Assembly (NCBI GenBank): GCA_963743615.1 | Contig: CAVUQF010000002.1 | Coordinates: forward strand, 65,697 to 129,696 | Length of the DNA stretch: 64,000 nucleotides | Direction: 5' to 3' | Source: an uncultured Nanoarchaeota archaeon | GTDB taxonomy: Archaea; Nanobdellota; Nanobdellia; Pacearchaeales; GW2011-AR1 | In this document: positions 39,633 through 47,178 of the stretch, one piece after another | Layout of the letters: each line of letters starts with the position of its first letter | Position numbering within the stretch: the first letter of the stretch is position 1 | The notes under the pieces: model-generated | Databases searched by the model: none | What the model saw: the letters and a program-made list of their open reading frames with translations, nothing else | Told to the model about the DNA's origin: nothing | Position numbers and translations under genes: made by a program

Positions 39633-40208
39633 ATGAATATTAAAGATGTAAAAACTGCCTTTAAAGTTGCAGATGTAATCCTTGAAAAAGAACATCCGAT
39701 AAGACGTATAAGATTTGTTTTCCTTGATGAAATCTATGATGAACATAGAAAGAGATTAAATAACGATGTTCTAAAGGATAATTCTGGTAGAATTTATCTG
39801 ATTGTTGTGAATGGTCAAATAATGAAAATTGGTGGCTCACAAAGTAAGGGAGGGATAAAAAGCACACTATCCTTTTATCAGGGAGGATTACAAGGCGGTC
39901 CAAGTATCAGGACCTATGGAATTCATATTCTATTGAGCGAAGAACTTGAAAAAGGAAAGAAAGCAGAAATTTATATGATAACTTCTCAAAGAGCAAGGAT
40001 GAAAGTAAAGGGTCTATTTAGTGAAGATGAAACGGAAGTTTCGGCATTTAAGGATATGGAAGATAAATGTAAAAAAGATTATGTTGATAAAGAAGGCACT
40101 TATCCTCCTTGGAATTTTCAGGAGAAGGGAGAACCTTGGAGAGAAGATATAACACGAGGATTAAATATACACGGTAGCAAAAGGAAAGTCTTGAATAAAA
40201 ATAACTAA
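39633..40208 (+). CDS. hypothetical protein, a candidate restriction endonuclease partner of the adjacent MTase
   Basis: 191-aa ORF convergent with the MTase, overlapping it by 4 nt. No motif is assigned, so the call rests on context only. Confidence 0.3.
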   Translation: MNIKDVKTAFKVADVILEKEHPIRRIRFVFLDEIYDEHRKRLNNDVLKDNSGRIYLIVVNGQIMKIGGSQSKGGIKSTLSFYQGGLQGGPSIRTYGIHILLSEELEKGKKAEIYMITSQRARMKVKGLFSEDETEVSAFKDMEDKCKKDYVDKEGTYPPWNFQEKGEPWREDITRGLNIHGSKRKVLNKNN

Positions 40209-41182
40209 TTTCTTGGTGGGCAATAGATTAAAATTTCGTGAGAACCTTTGATATTGCTTTCAGTTCCATTATCAATTCTATTCTTTCCTATCCTTGTTTC
40301 TCCTTGACCCATAGTATATTGCCAAATTGGAAATAATTGCTGAAATTCTTTGTAATATTCTCTTATTGTTGGACAATCATTATAAGACAAGATAAAACCA
40401 CCTTTATGCTGTTTCAATAAATCCCTTAAAACTTCGTGGGGAAATCCTTTATGATGAACAGGAATATTTCTCATAGGATAAATTCCTTTGAACATTTTAG
40501 AATCTGGTCCGATATAGTAAGGTGGGTCCAAATACATAAAATCATTTGGATATTTTTTAAGAGTATCTTGGAAATCTGCCTGTTCAACTTTCAAGTTTCC
40601 TGGTTCAAAATCTCTAATTTTTTCTATTATCTTTTTATATCTCTCTGGTTTTAGATAAATATCAGAACTCCAACCCATAAAACCAGGACCATAAGACAAA
40701 TTAAAATTATAAACATAATAAATAGCAAGGGTTAATGGGTCTAAAGTAATCTCTTTTCTCCAGACCTGATTTAATATTTTTCTTATCCTTTCAAATTCTT
40801 CTTTGGTAGGTTTTAACTCCATTAACTTTTCATAGAGAAGTTTTGGATTTTCTATTTGATATTTCCAATAATTACATAGAATATCAAAAATCTCATAACC
40901 TCGGACTTCAATATCAAGATATTTGCTCATAGCAATTTCAACAGAGCCACCACCAAAAAAAGGGGATATAACTCTTGTTACATTATCTGGCAATAGTTCA
41001 AGAATATGCCCAACAGCTAAACTCTTGCCCCCTGCATATCTTATCGGAGAAACAGGGACTCTCTTGTATTTGTTCATACTCTCTGGGTTTTTACTTCTTA
41101 TGCTTTCCAGAAAATCTCTCCTCTTTTCAGTATCCATATTTATCTCATTCTCTTTTGTCTTTTTAACTTTTCTGACTTGCAT
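40205..41182 (-). CDS. Dam-class (alpha, D12) N6-adenine DNA methyltransferase
   Basis: PIRYAGGKS; motif I ISPFFGGGSVEIAM; motif IV FMYLDPPYY. The likely true start is Met at ~41077. Its 5' end overlaps the transposase gene by 20 nt. Confidence 0.85.
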   Translation of the reverse strand: MQVRKVKKTKENEINMDTEKRRDFLESIRSKNPESMNKYKRVPVSPIRYAGGKSLAVGHILELLPDNVTRVISPFFGGGSVEIAMSKYLDIEVRGYEIFDILCNYWKYQIENPKLLYEKLMELKPTKEEFERIRKILNQVWRKEITLDPLTLAIYYVYNFNLSYGPGFMGWSSDIYLKPERYKKIIEKIRDFEPGNLKVEQADFQDTLKKYPNDFMYLDPPYYIGPDSKMFKGIYPMRNIPVHHKGFPHEVLRDLLKQHKGGFILSYNDCPTIREYYKEFQQLFPIWQYTMGQGETRIGKNRIDNGTESNIKGSHEILIYCPPRN

Positions 41183-42113
41183 TATATATTAACTCCAACC
41201 ATTTATTTTCTGAATTTAATATTAAATCAGTAGCTAATTCATAAGGACAGCAATTCAAACTTTGATGTTTGGTTATGAAATTGTAATAAACTTCCCAACC
41301 TTTCATAATCGCATTTGCAGAATTTACAGAACCGTGAAATCCTCTGAAAGTTTTAGTTCGCTGTCTAATATTATTATGCAATCTTTCAACCATAATATTG
41401 AACCCTTCGCCACGAGAAGCATTAACTTGATTATGGATTACATTTACTTGATGTGTTTTATTTGAATATCCAAAAACTTTCTTTATTGCATTAGGATAAG
41501 CCATAAGTCCATCAGTAGTTATGACTTTGATTTGTTCTCCTGTCTTGATTTTTGTTGCTTTTAGGATTTGCTTAATGTTTCTCTGTTCTCTGTGCTTTAC
41601 AAATTCAGAAGCAACCATATAACGAGTTTCAGTATCTATGGAATCAATAAACCAATTTCTATCTACTCCTCTTTTGTTGTGATATTTTCTTCTGGAATAC
41701 TCCATTTCATCAACTTGCAGTTCGCTACCGACATTCAGCTTTAAGCTGTTTGTAAATTGAGAAATCATCTTGCCATATTTCACAATCCACTTATAGATTG
41801 ACTTATGACTGGAATTATGAGGGTAGAATGCCTTAAAGTGTTCCTGAACCTTTCTGGTGCTAACTCCTCTGTAGAATAAGTCAATAGCACAAGTTATCTT
41901 TTGAGGGGCATTTCTCATTCTCTTGAAGCCATCATCAAGAACAAATGTGTTTAAGCAATCTTTACACTTATATCTTTGAATTAGACCTCTATTTTGGGTT
42001 TTTCTTCTGCACCACTTAATTGTGCTGTTGCTCTTGCATTTTGGACATATCATTTTGTTTTCCATAGTATAATTCGGTATCCGAACTATATATATCTTTC
42101 GGTATCCGAACAT
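41163..42113 (-). CDS. IS6-family-like DDE transposase with an N-terminal zinc-finger extension
   Basis: The C-terminal region (ITTDGLMAYPNAIKKVFG...HNQVNASRGEGFNIMVERLHNNIRQRTKTFRGFHGSVNSANAIMKGWEVYYNFITKH) follows the IS26/IS6 pattern. The N-terminus carries CPKCKS...CKDC. Confidence 0.7.
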   Translation of the reverse strand: MFGYRKIYIVRIPNYTMENKMICPKCKSNSTIKWCRRKTQNRGLIQRYKCKDCLNTFVLDDGFKRMRNAPQKITCAIDLFYRGVSTRKVQEHFKAFYPHNSSHKSIYKWIVKYGKMISQFTNSLKLNVGSELQVDEMEYSRRKYHNKRGVDRNWFIDSIDTETRYMVASEFVKHREQRNIKQILKATKIKTGEQIKVITTDGLMAYPNAIKKVFGYSNKTHQVNVIHNQVNASRGEGFNIMVERLHNNIRQRTKTFRGFHGSVNSANAIMKGWEVYYNFITKHQSLNCCPYELATDLILNSENKWLELIYNASQKS

Positions 42114-42187
42114 ATATTATATACCTACTTAAAGGTATAGTCTTTTAAAATAATAAAGTTTAAAAACATACCTATTTTAAGGTATAT

Positions 42188-42790
42188 ATGCCTAATAGTG
42201 AGTATATATCATTCTGCCATCGTTGTTATCACACTTGGAAGAGAAGACGAGAAGAACTTCCAAAAGTCTGCCCAAAATGTAAAAGTCCTTACTGGAATAA
42301 ACCAAAGAGAATTGCTCAAAGATTAATTCTTCCAACTTCCGAAACTATAATTAAAATCCATGATGAGATAATAAGAAAAAGTGGAGGTGAATTGGGTATA
42401 AGAGAAGATGGAGGAATACATAACTCTATTCTTAAATTACTGAATCATCAACAAAAGAACAGGAAGAATCCTGAAAGTATAGGTGCTTTTGCTTTAAACG
42501 AATTTGCTAAAAGACACTATTTTATAGATGGTAATAAAAGAATAGCTTATGCAGTAGCTAAAATATTTATGCTCATAAATAGATGTCATCTAAAAACAAA
42601 ATATGGTGAAGCTACTGAATTTATTAGAGAGGTAGCTAAATATCAAAGCAAAATAGACCTTCCAGAAATTAGGAATTGGTTTAAAGATAACAGATGTGAA
42701 ATAATTACCGAGAAAGAATTAGAAAACTATTTAAGTAGAAACTACTTTGATTTAGTATTTGAAGAGGAAGGGGGGCAAAATGGAAGATGA
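42188..42790 (+). CDS. Doc/Fic-family toxin (death-on-curing) with an N-terminal Zn ribbon
   Basis: The Doc motif HYFIDGNKRIAYAVAKIFML has the form HxFx(D/N)GNKR. The N-terminal CHRC...CPKC forms the Zn ribbon. Confidence 0.75.
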   Translation: MPNSEYISFCHRCYHTWKRRREELPKVCPKCKSPYWNKPKRIAQRLILPTSETIIKIHDEIIRKSGGELGIREDGGIHNSILKLLNHQQKNRKNPESIGAFALNEFAKRHYFIDGNKRIAYAVAKIFMLINRCHLKTKYGEATEFIREVAKYQSKIDLPEIRNWFKDNRCEIITEKELENYLSRNYFDLVFEEEGGQNGR

Positions 42791-42965
42791 AAAATCTGAA
42801 CTAAAAAATAACGAGATAAAAATAACTAAAAAAATCGTTTATGAATTCTCTAAAAAAGATGACCTTACTGATAAAGATAAGAAATTCTTGAAGTTAGTAA
42901 TGATTGCAGGAGAACTCGTTATAAAGGAAGATGAATTGCTATTCAAAGAATTAGCAAAATATTAA
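42759..42965 (+). CDS. small charged protein overlapping the doc 3' end; a possible cognate antitoxin
   Basis: 68 aa and K/E-rich. It overlaps doc by 32 nt. An alternative start is MEDEKSEL at ~42780. Confidence 0.3.
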   Translation: MKRKGGKMEDEKSELKNNEIKITKKIVYEFSKKDDLTDKDKKFLKLVMIAGELVIKEDELLFKELAKY

Positions 42966-43185
42966 TTATTATTTTTCTTTTTCAATAACTATTTTATCTT
43001 TTTCTATATTAACTTTTAACTCTTTATTTAAAAGATTTGACTCTTCAACTTTCTTTGGGAGATTTATTTTGTATTTATAGTAAGTTGTATTACCTACTTT
43101 CTTATCAACTGACTTCATTATTTTCATAAAATAATTAGGTATCCGAACCTTTTAAATAATTCGGTTTCCGAAGAAAAAGAAGCTA

Positions 43186-43208
43186 CCAACCTTTAAGGTA
43201 ACAAAGTA
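43186..43208. repeat. right terminal inverted repeat (23 bp), followed by an 11-bp direct repeat at 43209-43219
   Basis: CCAACCTTTAAGGTAACAAAGTA is the reverse complement of 39573-39595. Confidence 0.75.
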
Positions 43209-43220
43209 TGTTGAACGTAA

Positions 43221-43637
43221 TTACAAAATTCTCAGCTCTTTGCCAAAAAAGTCCTTTAATATTTTTTTCATTTCTAGGAGCCTTCTCTTCTCTCTACCTA
43301 TAAAAGCTGCTTTGTTTTTTGTTCCCGCATGAATTATTATCTCGTTGTTTCTGATTTCCAGATTCTTGAACTCAAATGGTTCTACTATCTGTTTTACAAA
43401 TCTCTCTGCATCAGCTATTCCCTCTGGAGCTATTATTATCTTGATCTTCTTTCCTATAATATTGCTTAACTGCTTTGAATTTTTTCCATCCTCTCCTATT
43501 GCCTTTGAGACTAAATTCTTTGGAACGCAAAAGAATATTGTATCATTGTATTCAAAACAGAATCTTGTGCTTATTTTGGTAATATCCCTAAAGAGATTAA
43601 GATGTCTCATATCCTGCATATTTATTGTGCTTTCCAT
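43221..43637 (-). CDS. nusA: archaeal NusA-like transcription termination factor (KH domains)
   Basis: KH motif LVSKAIGEDGKNSKQLSNIIGKKIKII. The 138 aa length fits, and the gene lies immediately downstream of rpoA. Confidence 0.8.
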   Translation of the reverse strand: MESTINMQDMRHLNLFRDITKISTRFCFEYNDTIFFCVPKNLVSKAIGEDGKNSKQLSNIIGKKIKIIIAPEGIADAERFVKQIVEPFEFKNLEIRNNEIIIHAGTKNKAAFIGREKRRLLEMKKILKDFFGKELRIL

Positions 43638-43653
43638 TAGGTTGAGTATTGAT

Positions 43654-46600
43654 TTATTTCTTTTCCTTGGACTCTTTCGTCAAAGGTCCAGAAACTTTTA
43701 CAAATAATCCAGGAAGTCCAGTACCAACAGGGATAGGCTGATTCAGAATTATATTTTCAACAACACTTGCAAGTTTGTCTTTGCTTCCTTTTATCGTTGC
43801 ATTTACAAACTGTTTAACTGGAGTCTCAAAAGTTGCCCTTGCTAGTATTGAAGATTTCTGAGAGATAATTCCCATTCTGGTTACCCCTGACACAACTCCC
43901 GTATTTGTCATAGCATCAGCGACCAGTTTCAAATGTCTCTTGTCTATATCTAGACCCTGATTGTTCAAGACTTCGTATATTTCATTCATTATAAGTTTTC
44001 TTGCAGATTCAATTCCGAAAACATCTGCTACTTCATAAGGATCATTTGAAATTAACTTTTCGACATCCACTTCCTTCAACTTTATTATTTCCTTCAAATT
44101 TGTTCCCAGAGTGAGTATAACAAAGTCCTTATCTCTCTTTACAATCAATATCTGGCTGACATTCTTTATTCCCGAGATTATTGTTCTCTTAAGTTTTTCC
44201 TTCAACTGATAAATTTCCTTGAAATTCAATTCTGCTGCGTCTATAACAATGGAATCTTCTTTTTCTTTTATCTTGTACCCAGATTCCTTAAGTTTTTCTG
44301 TAATCTTATCTAAAGAAGTATGAACATGCTTTAATCTTTCTTTGTTAATAATAATTTCAATCTTCTTATCGCTGAAATTTAATTTGATTTCATCCGAAAC
44401 TTCTTCTATCTTTACTTCTTTTATTTTCTCAGCAATAATTCTTGCATCTTTTTCATTGTTGAAGTTCTTGTTCAAGTAAATTTCCATCTTTGGAGATGTT
44501 GGCTTCTTTCTTGCATCAAATATTTCAATTAATCTTGGAAGTCCTTGTGTAACCTGCATTTCGGATACTCCTGCGAAGTGGAATGTTCTCAAAACCATTT
44601 GCGTCGAAGGTTCTCCAAAAGATTGTGCGGTAACTATTCCTATTGCTTCTCCTGGTTCTAACTTTCCATCTTTAAGATGAAGTTTTGAAACATCCAGTCC
44701 ATCTCCACCATACTTGAACTGAATAATGCTACCATTACTGTTTCTTACCGTTCCATCATATTCTTCTCTTAAATCCTGTAGTGCGCTTGCAAGTCTTCTG
44801 TATAAATATCCGGATTTAGGAGTTCTTAATGCAGTATCCATAAGAGAGGATCTTCCAGTCATTGCCTGGAAGAAGAATTCTTCTGGCTTAAGACCATCCA
44901 TAAATGAACTGTTAATGAATCCTCTTGCCTTTGGAGATAAATCTCCCTTTTTGAAGAAAGATAATGTTCTGTCATTAAATCCTATATCAATTCTCTTTCC
45001 TTCTAAATCTTGCTGTCCTACAGAGCAAGCCATTTGGGTAATATTAAGAATATTTCCTCCGCTTCCTGACTTGATCATATATGAAACCGGGTTATCTTCA
45101 GGGAACTCTTCTTTGACTACTTCACTGATCTTTGATCTGACCTCATTTAGTATCTGCAATATCTTAAGTTCTCTTGACTCCTCTCTTGTCTTTCCAGGTA
45201 TTATCTCAAGACTTTTATTGTTGTAAGATTCAATTATTTCTTCTGTTTTCTTTTCAGCATTCTTGATTATCTTATCTTTTTCTTCAAGAACTTTCTTTGA
45301 TACATCAAGGTCTCCTACCGAAATTGTGATTCCTCTATTTGTCAAATATTTTGTTCCTAGAGCATAAGCCTTTTTTAGTGTCTCAAAGATTACATCTCTT
45401 CCAAGTTCTCTATCAATAACTTTTACCAAATCTCCTTCCTCATCGCTGAAAATTGTTTTGTTAAGTATTCCACTAACAACTTTTCCATCCTTAATTTTTA
45501 CAGAATCATTTTCAAAACTTATCTCCTTTGGAAGAACATGTGAGAATATCTCCATCCCTGAAACTTTCTTTCCTTGTGAGCCATTGAAGATTCCACACTT
45601 GTAAAGAAGATCATCCGCAAAATCCTTTGAGAACTGTCCAAGTCCGAGTAGATATCCTCCGGTTATTGCATCCCCTGTGCATCCAATTAAATTGGTATTG
45701 TTCTTTGGGGAAATCAGATTTTTCTTTATATCCAATAGAATTCTTGCTTCTGCTCTTGCCTCTTCAGTCTGAGGAGAGTGAATATTCATTTCATCCCCAT
45801 CAAAATCCGCATTATAAGGAGGTACAGCGGCAGGGTGAACTCTGAATGTTCTTCCCGGAAGAACTCTTACGAAGTGGGCCATCAGGCTTCCCTTGTGAAG
45901 GCTTGGGTGTCTGTTGAATAAAACAACATCTCCGTCCTGAAGGTGTCTTTCGACTTTATATCCTGTAATTATTTCATTTATTATTTCATCCTTTAGCTCC
46001 GGAGTAATCTTTTTTCTCTTCCCGTCTGGTCTTATAACATAATTTGCACCGGGATAATCCTCTCCTTTTAAGATAAGTTTTTTCAAATTATCTATGTTCA
46101 GATCATTAACAGTCTCGCAAACAGTTATCACCTTTGCAATTTCATAAGGAATACCTATTTCATTTATTTCAATGCAAGGATCAGGAGAGATGACGGTTCT
46201 TGCGGAATAATTAACTCTCTTTCCTGCAAGGTTCTTTCTTATTCTTCCCTCTTTTCCTTTGATTCTTTCCGTGATTGTCTTTAATGGTTGTCCGCTTCTA
46301 TGCCTTGCGGGAGGAATTCTTGAAACAGTATTATCAAAGAATGTTGTTATATGGAACTGCAATAAATCCCAAAGATCTTCTATAATAACTTCAGGAGCTC
46401 CGGCATTAAGATTCTCCCATAATCTTTGGTTTGCTCTTATTATATCTGATAGTTTGTGAGTCAAGTCATCTTCACTTCTCTCTCCACTTTCAAGAATAAT
46501 ACTTGGACGCACAGTTACAGGAGGAACAAGAAGGTATGTTAGTATTGCCCACTCAGGTCTTGAGCTTGTAGGATCAACCCCTATCTTTTTTAGCTCTTCA

Positions 46601-47178
46601 TTTGAAATATTTTCAAGAAGTTCTCTTACTTCATTTGGAAATAATCTCTTCTTGCCAATGTAGAAACTAGTTGGCTTATCAACTTTTATCTTCTCATGGT
46701 CAGCTCCGCAGTAAGGGCATTTCTTTACGTCCTTTGCTTTCTTGGCTCTTTCACTTTGAGAATATTTCTTTAGATTTTTATCATCAAGAAGCAACTTTCC
46801 GCATTTATGGCAGAAGCATCTTAGCCCCATTTCAATCAAAGGGACATACTTCAAGTGTACAACCGGTCTTGCAAGCTCAATTCTTCCAGGGTGTCCAAGG
46901 CATTCTTTTAATCTTCCCCCACATGTTCTGCATCTTACACCCGGATCAATTGCTCCAAGTCTTAAGTCCATTAATCCTCCATCAACAGGGTAACCATCGA
47001 CATCATAGAGCTCAGGTGTTACAATCTTCGCAGCCGAGATTTTTTTAATCTCTTCCGGACTAAATAAAGTGAATTTTATCTCTCCAATTTTCTTTCTTAT
47101 TATTTGTGGATACATTTTATTCGTATTTGTTCTTAAGACCAAATTTAGTATGGATATGTAATCCTTGAAGTTCTTCAA
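43654..47178 (-). CDS. rpoA: DNA-directed RNA polymerase largest subunit; the A' and A'' regions are in a single ORF
   Basis: The N-terminal clamp Zn motif RCRTCGGRLKECLGHPGRIELARPVVH and the catalytic NADFDGDEMN are A' features. The C-terminus ...ILNQPIPVGTGLPGLFV is A''-like. The ORF is continuous over 1174 aa. Confidence 0.9.
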   Translation of the reverse strand: MKNFKDYISILNLVLRTNTNKMYPQIIRKKIGEIKFTLFSPEEIKKISAAKIVTPELYDVDGYPVDGGLMDLRLGAIDPGVRCRTCGGRLKECLGHPGRIELARPVVHLKYVPLIEMGLRCFCHKCGKLLLDDKNLKKYSQSERAKKAKDVKKCPYCGADHEKIKVDKPTSFYIGKKRLFPNEVRELLENISNEELKKIGVDPTSSRPEWAILTYLLVPPVTVRPSIILESGERSEDDLTHKLSDIIRANQRLWENLNAGAPEVIIEDLWDLLQFHITTFFDNTVSRIPPARHRSGQPLKTITERIKGKEGRIRKNLAGKRVNYSARTVISPDPCIEINEIGIPYEIAKVITVCETVNDLNIDNLKKLILKGEDYPGANYVIRPDGKRKKITPELKDEIINEIITGYKVERHLQDGDVVLFNRHPSLHKGSLMAHFVRVLPGRTFRVHPAAVPPYNADFDGDEMNIHSPQTEEARAEARILLDIKKNLISPKNNTNLIGCTGDAITGGYLLGLGQFSKDFADDLLYKCGIFNGSQGKKVSGMEIFSHVLPKEISFENDSVKIKDGKVVSGILNKTIFSDEEGDLVKVIDRELGRDVIFETLKKAYALGTKYLTNRGITISVGDLDVSKKVLEEKDKIIKNAEKKTEEIIESYNNKSLEIIPGKTREESRELKILQILNEVRSKISEVVKEEFPEDNPVSYMIKSGSGGNILNITQMACSVGQQDLEGKRIDIGFNDRTLSFFKKGDLSPKARGFINSSFMDGLKPEEFFFQAMTGRSSLMDTALRTPKSGYLYRRLASALQDLREEYDGTVRNSNGSIIQFKYGGDGLDVSKLHLKDGKLEPGEAIGIVTAQSFGEPSTQMVLRTFHFAGVSEMQVTQGLPRLIEIFDARKKPTSPKMEIYLNKNFNNEKDARIIAEKIKEVKIEEVSDEIKLNFSDKKIEIIINKERLKHVHTSLDKITEKLKESGYKIKEKEDSIVIDAAELNFKEIYQLKEKLKRTIISGIKNVSQILIVKRDKDFVILTLGTNLKEIIKLKEVDVEKLISNDPYEVADVFGIESARKLIMNEIYEVLNNQGLDIDKRHLKLVADAMTNTGVVSGVTRMGIISQKSSILARATFETPVKQFVNATIKGSKDKLASVVENIILNQPIPVGTGLPGLFVKVSGPLTKESKEKK

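Larger units (their letters stand above)
39573..43208. mobile_element. ~3.6 kb TIR-bounded composite insertion in the nusA-rps12 spacer, carrying a small ORF, a Dam-like MTase, an IS6-like transposase and a Doc toxin
   Basis: Perfect 23-bp TIRs. Flanking 11-bp direct duplication TGTTGAACGTA at 39564-39574 and 43209-43219. The cargo consists of mobile or defence gene types. Confidence 0.65.

Noticed and set aside
42071-42112. GGTATCCGAAC repeats considered as inverted-repeat ends of a nested IS around the transposase gene
   Set aside because: No copy exists at the other end of the transposase gene (41100-41260). The second cluster is beyond doc at 43139-43173. They are therefore more likely operator or recombination sites than IS termini.
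43637-43654. A missing rpl30e between rpoA and nusA, considered as a deletion scar
   Set aside because: rpoA and nusA abut with no spare sequence, so no remnant is visible. The absence is probably lineage-typical rather than an event within this window.
44726-45226. Antisense ORFs embedded in large conserved genes (also 37508-37963, 13836-14264, 15159-15524, 47526-47885 and others)
   Set aside because: They are opposite-strand frames inside rpoA, fusA, ileS and rpoB. They are low-complexity S/L/F-rich translations typical of antisense AT-rich coding DNA.
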